64,000 bases of DNA from Myxococcota bacterium (GTDB taxonomy: Bacteria; Myxococcota_A; SURF-8; G963663525), in the NCBI GenBank assembly GCA_963676915.2, contig CAXXVK010000060.1, forward strand, positions 1 to 64,000, given 5' to 3'. Below are positions 22,196 to 32,700 of the stretch, one piece after another. The position numbers and the translations under genes are program-made. The notes beneath the pieces are model-generated. The model ran no database searches, was not told the origin of the DNA, and saw only the letters and a program-made list of their open reading frames with translations. Within the stretch, counting starts at the first letter, position 1. Every line of letters starts with the position of its first letter.

Positions 22196-22691
22196 TTTCA
22201 ACGACAACGCTATCCGTAAACGCTGTGAAGACCTGGCCAAACTGTTTCAGGCCGCACCGATCGCCACTCACCTGGGGATGACGATCCGCTTCGACGAAAA
22301 GTTTCGGGCCATTTTCGAATTGCCCTACACCGGAAGAATGAACAACGGAATCGGCACCATTCACGGTGGAGCCATCGCCACGTTGATTGACAACGCGGCC
22401 TGGTTTACCATCGCCGCCCGTCAGGAGGGCTGGATCGCCACCGTAGAGATGCAGATTCGCATGTTGGAACCGGTCCGGGGCGAAGCGATCTGGTCGCGAG
22501 GCAAGATAATCCGGTTGGGAAAACGTCTGAGCACCGCCGAGGCGGAGGTTCGCACTTCGGACAACCGACTGATTGCCAAAGGCAGCGGAACCTTTACCAC
22601 CACCTCGGTCGAGTTCGACCCGGAAACTCTTGTCGGGTCCGTCGAGGAGTTGGGAGACACGCAAAAAATCTCCCTTCCTTCGAGAAAATGA
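22188..22691 (+). CDS. PaaI-family hotdog thioesterase
   Basis: NGIGTIHGGAIATLIDNA, TVEMQIRMLEP, GKIIRLGKR. Confidence 0.9.
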   Translation: MNDFNDNAIRKRCEDLAKLFQAAPIATHLGMTIRFDEKFRAIFELPYTGRMNNGIGTIHGGAIATLIDNAAWFTIAARQEGWIATVEMQIRMLEPVRGEAIWSRGKIIRLGKRLSTAEAEVRTSDNRLIAKGSGTFTTTSVEFDPETLVGSVEELGDTQKISLPSRK

Positions 22692-22731
22692 GCCTATTTC
22701 GTCCATTCACGAACCGACGAACGGAAAGTCC

Positions 22732-23442
22732 ATGGCGTCGGTAGCATTTCCGCAACCGTTGATCGAAGCGACGTTTCTTGCCCGCCGCAAACGGTTTTTG
22801 GCGGATATGCGTTTGCCCGATGGCCGGGAGGTTGTCGCCCATTGTCCCAACACGGGCACAATGAAAACCTGCCTCGAACCCGGAGCACCCTCCCTTATCC
22901 GTGAGACCGACGACCCGAAGCGTAAAACCCGCTATTCCTGGTTGGCAACACGTATCGGCGGGGTGTGGATCGGCATCGACACCTCTCTACCCAATCGGCT
23001 GGTCGAACGCGCAATTTTAGAAGAAGAACTTCCCGGCCTGGAAGATTACCCGATCGTTCGACGAGAGCGAAAGATCGGAAAACACAGTCGTATCGACCTG
23101 TTGCTGGAATCCGATGAACGCCGCTGCTGGGTGGAGGTGAAAAACGTCACCATGGTTCACGATGGCGTGGCGGCTTTCCCGGATGCCGTAACCACCCGTG
23201 GTCAAAAGCATTTGCTGGAACTTATGGAAAAAGTCCACGAAGGAGACGCCGCCGCTATGGTCTATGTGGTGCAGCGTGCGGATGCAGGCATATTCCGACC
23301 GGCGGATGATATCGACCCGGACTACGGTCATCTGATGCGCAAAGCACACAAGGTCGGAGTGAAGTTGTTGGCAGTATCCTGTACGGTGTCGCCCGAAGGT
23401 GTTCGGACCGAGGGGCTGCTCCCGGTGGATGTATCGCTCTGA
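22732..23442 (+). CDS. sfsA: SfsA DNA/RNA nuclease (sugar fermentation stimulation protein)
   Basis: RRKRFLAD, AHCPNTGTM, SRIDLLL, WVEVKNVT, FPDAVTTRGQKHLLEL. Confidence 0.93.
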   Translation: MASVAFPQPLIEATFLARRKRFLADMRLPDGREVVAHCPNTGTMKTCLEPGAPSLIRETDDPKRKTRYSWLATRIGGVWIGIDTSLPNRLVERAILEEELPGLEDYPIVRRERKIGKHSRIDLLLESDERRCWVEVKNVTMVHDGVAAFPDAVTTRGQKHLLELMEKVHEGDAAAMVYVVQRADAGIFRPADDIDPDYGHLMRKAHKVGVKLLAVSCTVSPEGVRTEGLLPVDVSL

Positions 23443-23445
23443 CGC

Positions 23446-24606
23446 CTACTTCTTCAATTTTCCTTGGAGATTATCCAAGCCTCGAATCGCATTGTGCAGC
23501 GGTTCCGGTTTGCGCTCGCGGCGGTCGCTGGGGTTGTTGTTGTTCCTGTCGTGACGATCCGAAGTCTGTCCCGGATTCACCGGTCTTACTTCTTTGGGCG
23601 GAGAAGCCTTTGGAGGCTCGGGTTCGTCCAGCGATTCCTCTCCATTCCAGCGGTACAGGTAGCGGTCGTACAAACGCTGGTAGGTGGACCACCGACCCTT
23701 CCGGGTTTCGGAATCGAGAATGGACTGGAACGAGAAAATCCGTGCGTCCATGTCGTCGAGGGCGGCCAGCACCATGGCTTCGATCACCTTGGGACGTTTG
23801 GGAGAACCGAATTCCAACTGCCCGTGATGGGCGAGAATAATGTGTGTCAGCACCGTCTTTTTATGCTTCGGGAACGGCGCATCTTCAGGGAAACGGGCGA
23901 GGATATCGTTCATGCGTTCGAGACCCAGCACCATGTGACCGACCAAGCGGCCTTCGTCGGAATAACTGAGCGAGCGCGTATACTCCAACTCGTCGATTTT
24001 TCCAAGATCGTGAAACAAAATGCCCGCCTGCAGCATCGAGCGGTCCACCTGCGGGTAGTGATCGCAGACTTTTTGCGCCAATTCCGCCAGTGACAGCGTA
24101 TGTTCGAGCAATCCGCCCAGGTAGGAATGGTGAATCGCCTTGGCGGCGGGTGCAAGCTTGAATTTCCGAGAGATTTCCTCGTCTTCCAGGGTCATTTGCA
24201 GCAAACGCACGAGGTCCGGGTCGTCGAGCGAGGCGTGAATCGCCTTCAGTCGTTCGAGCATTTCTCCGGTATCCTTGCCGCCATCGGCCAGAAAAAGCAG
24301 GGGATCGACTTCGTTTTCATCGACTTTGCTTATCGAACCGATACGTAGCTGCAACTGGTTGTTGTAGGTAATCGCTTGGGCCTGAACCCATAGAAAATCT
24401 CCCTCGGCGAACCGGTGGGTAAGCGAATCCACATTATCCCAGACCTTGCCATCGGCATCTCCACTGCGATCGGCCAGCGTCAACGAAAGGTAGGATTGCC
24501 CTGTTTTTCCTACGAACTCGTTCTTTTTCTTGCACAAAAACAAACCCTCGACACGGTTGCCGGGGACGATATCTTTAATGAATACGGACTTTTCCGGAAC
24601 GGGCAT
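23446..24606 (-). CDS. yhaM: YhaM-family 3'-5' exoribonuclease (OB-fold + HD domain)
   Basis: LADRSG..GKVW, APAAKAIHHSYLGGLLEHT, FHDLGKIDE, GHMVLG, HHGQLEFGSP, LDDMDA. Confidence 0.9.
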   Translation of the reverse strand: MPVPEKSVFIKDIVPGNRVEGLFLCKKKNEFVGKTGQSYLSLTLADRSGDADGKVWDNVDSLTHRFAEGDFLWVQAQAITYNNQLQLRIGSISKVDENEVDPLLFLADGGKDTGEMLERLKAIHASLDDPDLVRLLQMTLEDEEISRKFKLAPAAKAIHHSYLGGLLEHTLSLAELAQKVCDHYPQVDRSMLQAGILFHDLGKIDELEYTRSLSYSDEGRLVGHMVLGLERMNDILARFPEDAPFPKHKKTVLTHIILAHHGQLEFGSPKRPKVIEAMVLAALDDMDARIFSFQSILDSETRKGRWSTYQRLYDRYLYRWNGEESLDEPEPPKASPPKEVRPVNPGQTSDRHDRNNNNPSDRRERKPEPLHNAIRGLDNLQGKLKK

Positions 24607-24693
24607 GATGTCTCCTAGATAAAATCATCGCGTTAAAAGACGTTCATCCTAGCCGAAACGCCCCATGGAGTCTACGAGAAAACCCCGTTCGAT

Positions 24694-25485
24694 TCAGGGA
24701 AGTTCGAATTCCTTATTGTATTCCGGCACGAAGACCGACGTTCCCGGTAGATCCCTTTTGATGCGAGCAACAAACGGTTCGGTGGGAACGGCCATCGAGA
24801 TCGGCGGAAAGCTGTTGTCGAAGTGGAATGGAATCACGGTTTTGGGTTTCAGCCGGCGCGTTATGGCAAAAGCTTGCGCGTCGATGTCCGAGCGTCCTTG
24901 CAACGCCACGAAAAGAGCATCGGCGCCGATAGGATAACGGCCATGCTCACGCAATCCGCAAGAGCCTAGAATCAGGATCGTTTTCCCTGCCGCTTCCACC
25001 TGCCAGGACCAGGTTTCTCCGTTGGGATATCCCGCATGAACGCGCAGCATCGCAAGCGCGTCGAAAAAGTGATCCGGCGACAAACAACGGGACAGCGTAT
25101 CGAGAACGATTCGAGCGTCGAACACGGTATGTTTCGAAAGCAGGGGCGTGACGCGAAACGGACCTATTTCGAACGTATGTCCCAACTCCGGAGCCTTGAA
25201 AGGCAATACCGCCGCAGCGTTTTTGGCAAGGTTTCGACCCACTTGCTCGGGTCCGTAGATCGGCGCTCCGGTGTTTTCATGCACTTCGGGAAGATCTCGG
25301 ACATGGTCGAAATGGGCGTGACTGGCCAGAATGGCGTCCACATCTCCGAAGTCCGATAGCTTCCACGGCTCGATATCTTGGGACATCGGAAAAAACGGAT
25401 CGTTCAGCAAGGTCCGTCCCTGAGTCGTCAACGCCAATCCCGCCGTACCCAACCAGCGAACGCTTAAATTTTCTTCTGACATCAT
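24694..25485 (-). CDS. MBL-fold metallo-hydrolase
   Basis: WLGTAG, DPFF, SHAHFDHVRD (HxHxDH), IPFHFD. Confidence 0.88.
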   Translation of the reverse strand: MMSEENLSVRWLGTAGLALTTQGRTLLNDPFFPMSQDIEPWKLSDFGDVDAILASHAHFDHVRDLPEVHENTGAPIYGPEQVGRNLAKNAAAVLPFKAPELGHTFEIGPFRVTPLLSKHTVFDARIVLDTLSRCLSPDHFFDALAMLRVHAGYPNGETWSWQVEAAGKTILILGSCGLREHGRYPIGADALFVALQGRSDIDAQAFAITRRLKPKTVIPFHFDNSFPPISMAVPTEPFVARIKRDLPGTSVFVPEYNKEFELP

Positions 25486-25498
25486 TCAGCCCTTTTCC

Positions 25499-25537
25499 AA
25501 AAAAATCCGCCCGGAAATCTGAGTTCCGGGCGGATTT
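25499..25537 (-). terminator. Rho-independent terminator after the thiolase gene
   Basis: Hairpin AAATCCGCCCGGAA-loop-TTCCGGGCGGATTT followed by a T-run on the minus strand. Confidence 0.75.
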
Positions 25538-25611
25538 CGCTTTTCATCGTTCCGGATTCTTTCTTTACAGAAAGTAACCCGGTTTTTCAGAAAATCAAGA
25601 GCATCGAGGCA

Positions 25612-26796
25612 TTAGACCAATTCGATCATCATGGCTTTGCCCATACCGCCGCCGACGCACATCGACGCCACGCCTTCTTTGAGGCCCAGGCGCTTCATCT
25701 GGTGCAGCAGGGTGACGATCAAACGGCAGCCGGTGGCTCCGACCGGGTGACCCAGCGCGATGCCGCTACCGACGAGGTTGGTCTTTTCGCGGTCCAGTTC
25801 GAGCAGCTTTTCGCAGGCGATGTACTGGGCGGCGAAGGCTTCGTTGACTTCGACGATTGGAATATCGTGGATGTTGCGGCCAAGGCGCTTCATCAGCTTG
25901 TTGATGGCGGGAACGGGACCGTAACCCATCAGGTCCGGCTCGACGGCGGCGACGGCATGACCGACGATGCGCGCCAAAGGTTTCAGACCCAATTCTTTCA
26001 CTTTGCTTCCGCTCATCAGGATGGTCACGGCCGCACCGTCGTTGATTCCACTGGCGTTTCCGGCGGTGACGCGTCCGCCTTCCTTACGGAAGACTGCGCG
26101 GAGTTTGCCAAGAGTTTCCATCGTGGTGCCACGGCGGGGATGCTCGTCGGTGTCGAACATTTTCGGATCGCCGCGTCGTTGCGGTACAGGAACGGGCACG
26201 ATTTCTTCTTTGAACCAGCCGTTGTCGATGGCGGCCAGAGCGCGATCCTGGCTCATCAGGGCCACTTCGTCCATATCTTCGCGGGTGATGTCGTATTTGT
26301 CCGCCAGACGTTCAGCGGTTTCACCCATCAGGATGTGATCGATGGGATCGGACAATCCTTCGGCCAGACCGTCGGTGGCCTGAACGTGGCGATAGCCCGC
26401 GCCCCAGCGCATGTCTTTGAGTATGAACGGGACGTTGGACATGCTTTCCACGCCACCCGCCATGACGACATCCGCTTCGCCGGTCTGGATTTTCTGCACG
26501 GCAAAAGCCATGGCCTGCATGCCGGAAGCGCACTGACGCTGAATCGTGCTGGCCGGAGTGGTGAAGGGAATATCGGCTTTCAGGGAAATCACGCGGGCCA
26601 CGTTGATTTCATCCGAGCGCATGAAGCAGTTGCCGATCAGCACGTCTTCAATGATGCCGGGATCTTCGATTCCTGCGCGCTTGATGGCTTCTTTAGCCAC
26701 GATGACACCGAGTTCGTTGGATAGCAGCGGTTTGAGCGATCCACCGAACGATCCGATGGCGGTACGTACAGCGCTGACAATATAGACATCTTCCAT
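25612..26796 (-). CDS. Acetyl-CoA C-acetyltransferase (thiolase)
   Basis: RTAIGSFGG, RQCASGMQA, GGVESMS, TAGNASGINDGAA, NEAFA, GHPVGATG, CVGGGMG; AAGGAGG RBS before ATG 26796. Confidence 0.95.
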   Translation of the reverse strand: MEDVYIVSAVRTAIGSFGGSLKPLLSNELGVIVAKEAIKRAGIEDPGIIEDVLIGNCFMRSDEINVARVISLKADIPFTTPASTIQRQCASGMQAMAFAVQKIQTGEADVVMAGGVESMSNVPFILKDMRWGAGYRHVQATDGLAEGLSDPIDHILMGETAERLADKYDITREDMDEVALMSQDRALAAIDNGWFKEEIVPVPVPQRRGDPKMFDTDEHPRRGTTMETLGKLRAVFRKEGGRVTAGNASGINDGAAVTILMSGSKVKELGLKPLARIVGHAVAAVEPDLMGYGPVPAINKLMKRLGRNIHDIPIVEVNEAFAAQYIACEKLLELDREKTNLVGSGIALGHPVGATGCRLIVTLLHQMKRLGLKEGVASMCVGGGMGKAMMIELV

Positions 26797-26923
26797 AAAA
26801 GCCTCCTTGAAAGGGTTACAGATGGACGAAATAGCGATAATATAAGTTGTGCCGGATCGGCACCGCACAACATGACCGATCCCGGCCTACTTGTCAATAA
26901 TTTGGGGCTATGGAGATAGAATT

Positions 26924-27000
26924 GGGGTGCATCACAAAATGGTGCAACGTTCGCCAAAAGGCCGATTTTCGAAAAATGTCGGGTGAAAACCACCCGACCT
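26924..27000. repeat. Left TIR of the 48070-type element joined to a family A REP
   Basis: GGGGTGCATCACAAAATGGTGCAA then ATTTTCGAAAAATGTCGGGTGAAAACCACCCGACCT, near-identical to ~1783-1819. Confidence 0.75.
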
Positions 27001-27110
27001 TTTCCCTTAAAAAATCACGCCCGATAGAATTTGGGTGGAAAAATTTTCCTTCGTTTGCTCCTTGATTTCAGCCGGGGGTGAAAAGTTCCGAACCACCCAA
27101 CACGAACGAG

Positions 27111-28010
27111 TTATTTGGAGGTGTTGATGATCGGCATGGTCGCACCTTCGCCCGTGATGATGACTTTGTCTCCTTGAGCGACACGAGTGTACAGCTCTTT
27201 GACATTTTCCAGCTCGCGCAACTGGAGATAGGATTTGTTCAGGGCTTTACCGACAATCTGATAATAGATAGCCTCGGCTTCGGCCTCCGTTCGTCGAACC
27301 TGCTTCATCCGTTCGGCCAGTTTCATTCGGTTTTCGGCTCGAAGCAGTTCCATGGCCTGTTTCGCTTTTTCTTCGCCGATTTCGATCTCCCGCTTGCGGC
27401 GTTTCTCCACGGCATCGGTGATGACTTTGGGGTAGTCGAAATTCGAGGCGGCCACTACCGGCACCTCCATTGGTGTTTCCGCCATGGCTACTTGCAGTTT
27501 CTCGAAAATATTGGTTTGAATCTGTTCACGGTTTTCACGGATTTCCGTGGTGGCGTACTTGGACACCACCCCCCGCGCAATCGAACGGGCCTGCGGCTGC
27601 ACGTAGGTAACGTACAACGTTTCAAAGGCCAGTACGCGTGCCTGACCGCCGCCAACGGACATCGGTTTCATGTTTGCGCCTTTTCGATTGAACAGGTCCA
27701 TGATGCCTTTCGTGTCGGTCGTTTTCAGTTTGGCGCGAATTTTCAGGTCGAACTTGAAATTGAGATCGTCCGAGCAGAGAATCGACAGCGGTTCGCTGAC
27801 GACTTCTTCTTTCATTTCAATCAGATACATACGATCGCGGAAATAGCACATATGGCGACCCGGCTTCAGTGCTTCACCGGTCAGACCTTCCGGTGTCATG
27901 ACCATACCGACATACCCAGCCGGGACTTCCGTTGTCAGAAAATAACAGCCGGGACTGGTGACGAGCAAAAGAAACAGGGCAATCGGCAACCAGAAGGTCA
28001 ACGGTTTCAT
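27111..28010 (-). CDS. SPFH (band 7/prohibitin) domain protein, probable lipoprotein
   Basis: Signal peptide ending SPGC, EVPAGYVG, LKPGRH, REQIQ, FDYPKVITDAVEK, coiled-coil AEAEA. Confidence 0.8.
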   Translation of the reverse strand: MKPLTFWLPIALFLLLVTSPGCYFLTTEVPAGYVGMVMTPEGLTGEALKPGRHMCYFRDRMYLIEMKEEVVSEPLSILCSDDLNFKFDLKIRAKLKTTDTKGIMDLFNRKGANMKPMSVGGGQARVLAFETLYVTYVQPQARSIARGVVSKYATTEIRENREQIQTNIFEKLQVAMAETPMEVPVVAASNFDYPKVITDAVEKRRKREIEIGEEKAKQAMELLRAENRMKLAERMKQVRRTEAEAEAIYYQIVGKALNKSYLQLRELENVKELYTRVAQGDKVIITGEGATMPIINTSK

Positions 28011-28335
28011 CGGGTGCACCTTTCCGAAAATATGGGTTGAGAGGTTGGTTTGGCATTACGAGGGACGAGTATACACGAAAACAACCTGGAACGAAAATCG
28101 AAGTCTCGTTCGGAAACAGCTTATTGAGAGATGAAAAAATTCCTATCCGTTGGTCTGGAATTTCTGACTTGAACCATCTGGGTTTCCACTTCAAAACTAT
28201 TTTACTTTCCTTCCCATCACACCCGAATTCCCCTCGCCAAGGTTTGAAAAACACGCTATCGTGAAGGCGAAGAAAAGCGAACCTATGAACGAGGCCATGG
28301 TCATGAAACGAGAATTGCGCTACGATGAAGATCGT

Positions 28336-28623
28336 ATGGTAGTCGGTGTACTGCGGGTCCGAATGCACCTGTGGGCCGTGGACTCTCTGCGGCGGAAAAA
28401 GTCGCTGGTGAAACGGATCGTCAACCGGATCGACCAGCGGTTCAATGCCGCGTTGGGTGAAGTAGGCGATCCCGAAGATGCTCGAACGTTGATTCTGGGA
28501 GTCACCGTGGTGACGACCTCCGAACCTGACGCCCACCGGCGCATGGAAAAAATTCTGTACGAGTTGGAAGGTTGTTCCGAGGCGGAGATTGCGCACGAAG
28601 AACGGGAAGTGATTCATATTTAA
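28336..28623 (+). CDS. DUF503 (YlxP-like) protein
   Basis: MVVGVLRV...SLRRKKSLVK....RFNAALGEVG pattern, ~95 aa. Confidence 0.8.
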   Translation: MVVGVLRVRMHLWAVDSLRRKKSLVKRIVNRIDQRFNAALGEVGDPEDARTLILGVTVVTTSEPDAHRRMEKILYELEGCSEAEIAHEEREVIHI

Positions 28624-28646
28624 CGAGGGTTGAGGTTCTTGAAAAA

Positions 28647-28714
28647 TCAGAGCTTTTTTGATGGTCTTTTACAAACACTGTGTGCGATAGTCTTGCGTGA
28701 GACGATGATGGCAC
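28647..28714. repeat. Short degenerate copy of the GTGCCA-type element
   Basis: TCAGAGCTT ... GTGTGCGATAGTCTTGCGTGAGACGATGATGGCAC resembles the ends of the elements at 36931-37027 and 58452-58539. Confidence 0.45.
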
Positions 28715-28924
28715 CCCTTGAATTTATAAAATACCAATAAAAACCAAGTCTTACCATTTAGCATATGGCATGTGACGACACTATCTAGATAAAATTCTCC
28801 CCCAATTTTCAATCACTCCGAAGCACCTCATCAAGCTCCCCACGGTTGCGTGAGCATCGGGAAACTGGTATGCCTAAATCCTATCTCTAGTCCGGCTCGT
28901 TTTCCGGTAGATTGGAATGGATGC

Positions 28925-29707
28925 ATGAACCTCCTGTTTTTCGGAGACATTTTCTCCAAGTCCGGTCGTAAAGCTCTGCTTCAACGACTACCCACATTGA
29001 AAAAAACCTACGACGCCCAATTCGTGATCGCCAATGGTGAAAACATGGCCGGTGGCCTGGGGATCGACCTGAAACACGCCGGCGATGTGCTGCAAGGCGG
29101 TGTGGACGTCATGACCTCGGGAAACCATATCTGGTCGGTCAAAGGAACCCCGGAATTTCTGCAACGAGAACCTCGTATCCTGCGCCCGGCCAACTACCCG
29201 GAACCCTGTCCCGGTCGAGGTTGGGTGATTCGTACGGCAGCGAACGGCGTTCCGGTAGCGGTGATCAACCTGCTGGGGCGACTGTTCATGGACCCGGTAC
29301 AATGCCCCTTCGAAACCGCCGAACGACTGATCGCCGAGATCTCCCCGATGACGCCCGTCATCCTGATCGATTTTCACGCCGAAGCCACCAGCGAGAAACT
29401 CGCCTTGGCCTATGCACTCCAAGGAAAAGTGACGGCATTGGTCGGCACGCATACGCACATACAAACTGCCGACGAACGGATATTCTCTGAACACACCGGA
29501 TATATTACGGATTTGGGAATGTGTGGACCGATGGATTCCATCATCGGCATGGACCCCGTTCCGGTGCTCGAACGTTTCCGTACCTGGCGCCGAACGCCGT
29601 TTCGTCCCGGCAAAGGACCGGTGGAACTTCGCGGCGTGGTACTCGACATCGACACGAAAACCGGTAAAACACGCTCTATCAAGCGCATCAAGGAAACGGT
29701 GGAATAG
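28925..29707 (+). CDS. ymdB: YmdB/TIGR00282 metallophosphoesterase
   Basis: LFFGDI, IANGEN, TSGNHIW, LRPANYP, DFHAEATSEK, VGTHTHIQTAD, YITDLGMCGP. Confidence 0.93.
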   Translation: MNLLFFGDIFSKSGRKALLQRLPTLKKTYDAQFVIANGENMAGGLGIDLKHAGDVLQGGVDVMTSGNHIWSVKGTPEFLQREPRILRPANYPEPCPGRGWVIRTAANGVPVAVINLLGRLFMDPVQCPFETAERLIAEISPMTPVILIDFHAEATSEKLALAYALQGKVTALVGTHTHIQTADERIFSEHTGYITDLGMCGPMDSIIGMDPVPVLERFRTWRRTPFRPGKGPVELRGVVLDIDTKTGKTRSIKRIKETVE

Positions 29708-29773
29708 TAGGAACGAAATCCACCGGGATTTCATGAAGTATTACACTTTTTCATTTTTTGGCAGGTTTAGCGT

Positions 29774-32700
29774 ATGACGATTGCCATTGTGGCCGAAAAA
29801 CCTTCCGTAGCACGGGACATCGCAAAAGTCCTCGGGGCGACCATCCCTGGAAACGGTTTCGTGCATGGAAACGGGTATATCGTCACCTGGGCCATAGGGC
29901 ACCTCGTCGCGCTGGCGGAACCGGCAGAAATTCAGGCATCCTGGAAACGATGGCGACGCGATCAGCTCCCGATGCTGCCCACGAACTGGCCGCTGAAAAC
30001 CCTCAAAGGAACCACCAAGCAGTTTCGTGCGGTGAAAAAGATTCTTGTGTCCTCCGCCGTGGATGAAGTGATTTGCGCCACCGACGCCGGACGCGAAGGA
30101 GAACTGATTTTTCGCTACATTTACGAACACTCCGGCTGCCGTGCTCCGATTCGCCGCCTGTGGATTTCGTCGCTGACCGCCGAAGCCATTCGAAACGGCT
30201 TCAAACATCTGCAAGACGGGACAAACTACGAACCTCTGTACGATGCTGCACGCGCCCGCAGTAGAGCCGACTGGCTGGTCGGCATGAACCTTTCAAGAGC
30301 CTACGGACTCACGCACGGCAAAGGGTTATCGGTAGGTAGGGTGCAGACTCCGACGCTGGCAATGATTGTGGAGCGAGAGCGGGAAATTCGGAACTTCGTA
30401 CCTGAAACCTACCTGGAAATCGAAGCCGAATTCGCACCCTCGGAAACGGTGGCTCCGAATGAAGAACCTGGAACGTACAAAGGAACCTGGTTCGACGGCC
30501 CAACGGCCGAAAGCCTGAAAAAGCTGCTGAACTTTTCACAGGAGCTTCAAAAAGCCAAGCGCCTTCCCTCCGACGGGGAACGGGCGAAACGAATCGTTCG
30601 CAGGGTTCAAAAACAAGCTGCAAACATCGAGGTTGCACAGTCCAAACCCCGGACCTACCCTGCTCCCCTGCTCTACGATCTGAGCGAACTCCAGCGCCAT
30701 GCCAACCGCCTGTACGGTTTCACGGCGAAAAAAACGCTTCAAGTCGCGCAAGAATTGTACGAGCGCAAGAAGCTTATCAGCTATCCCCGAACCGACAGCC
30801 GACACCTGAGCCGGGACATCGCCGACACGCTGCCTCGCGTCGTCGAGAAAATCTCCGCGCCTTACCGGGATTTTCTGCCGGAAAATGTAGGCCGCAAACC
30901 GTTGGGAAAACGCTTTGTAAACGATGCGAAAGTCAGCGACCACCACGCGATCATCCCCACAGCGGTCGATCCGTCGCGTAAAAAACTGACGACCGACCAG
31001 GAGAAAATCTACGATCTGATCTGCCGCCGCCTGCTGATGGCCTGGATGGACGACCACCGCACCCGGTTAACCACGGTGATTACGCGGGTAGATTCCGAAA
31101 ACGGTACGAAAACCGACCGTTTCCACTCCAACGGCACAGCCATCGAGCAGGTAGGCTGGAAAGCGCTCGACATCCAGACGAAAAAAAGCGCCAATGCCCA
31201 GGATGCGGAACTCCCCGCCGGATTGAAACAGGGATTGAAGCGCCTGTGCCAGAACGCCAAGAGTTTGAAAAAACAGACGAAACCACCCAAGCGACTTACC
31301 GACGCCACCCTGCTATCCGCCATGGAAAGCGCCGGAAAAGTGCTGGACGATAAAGAAATTTCCGCTGCGATGAGCGAACGGGGCTTGGGTACTCCGGCCA
31401 CACGAGCGGCGATCATCGAAACGCTGCTCAAACGGCAGTTCGTCCGGCGTAAAGGCAAGGCCTTCGAAGCTACATCCAAAGGAGAACGGCTGATCGACGT
31501 GGTGCATCCCCAGGTCAAAAGCCCTCAGATGACCGGCGAATGGGAGTGGAAACTCAAACGGATCGAGCGCAAAGAGGGCCAATTCGATGCCTTCATGCAG
31601 GATATCGAAAGCTACGTGCGTGAGGTGGTGGAAAACGTGTTTGGAGATTCTTCGACCCCTCCCGACGATTCCGAACCTTCCTTGCCGAACCTGCCGCCTC
31701 CGTCGCCGACACAAACGAAATCAACACCGAAAACCATGTCCCGAGCAAAACCGAAAGCAGCACAACCACCCGAAACAAGCGATCTTTTCGGGACATCGAG
31801 CCACCCGGAAGAACCGGCATGGTTGCACGACGCTCCGCCACCGGAGTGGGAAGAGATTCCACCGCCGGAATGGGAGAACGTTCCTTCAGCGGCTTCGGAA
31901 AAAGTCCCACGAGCAACGGAGAAAAACCAACCGCAGCGTTCCAATGAAACGGTCGTAGCGCCATCCTTGCCGGGATTCGAGCCACAAGTTTTAGAGGCGA
32001 AAAACATTTCCCATGATCGTGCGCTCCACAAGGAAGCATCAGGGCGGGAACCTTCGGAGATTCTACAACAGCTCTTCGGCCATAAAACTTTCCGACCACA
32101 CCAGGAAACCGTCTGCCGGGAGGTCATCGCCGGCCGGGACGTGCTCTTGGTGATGCCTACCGGAGCGGGAAAATCCCTTTGCTATCAGCTTCCCGGTGTG
32201 GCGCGTGGCGGCGTGACCCTGGTTGTTAGTCCCTTGATTTCATTGATGGAAGACCAGGCCGCCAAACTCAACGAACAGGGATTTGTCGCCGAACGCATTC
32301 ACTCGGGACGCAGCCGCCCGCAATCGCGCCAAGCTTGCAAGGATTACCTTTCCGGCACTCTGGATTTTCTGTTTATCGCCCCGGAACGTCTGCGCGTCCC
32401 CGGCTTTCCCGAAATGCTGGCCCGACGCAAACCGGCGCTTGTTGCCATTGACGAAGCCCACTGCATTTCTCACTGGGGACACGATTTTCGTCCCGATTAC
32501 CGCCTGTTGGGCGAACGCCTGCCCGTTCTGCGACCGACACCCATCATTGCACTGACCGCCACGGCCACACGAATCGTGCAAGAGGATATCGTCCGACTGC
32601 TGGGCTTGGAACACCCTCTGGAAGCGATTCACGGTTTCCGGCGGACGAACATCGCCATCGAAGTGGTGGAACTTCCACCGGCAGAGCGCCCAGACGCCGT

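Noticed and set aside
28624-28924. 6S RNA or tRNA upstream of ymdB
   Set aside because: No cloverleaf, T-loop motif or long 6S-like rod could be seen; only AT-rich DNA and a short palindromic repeat.
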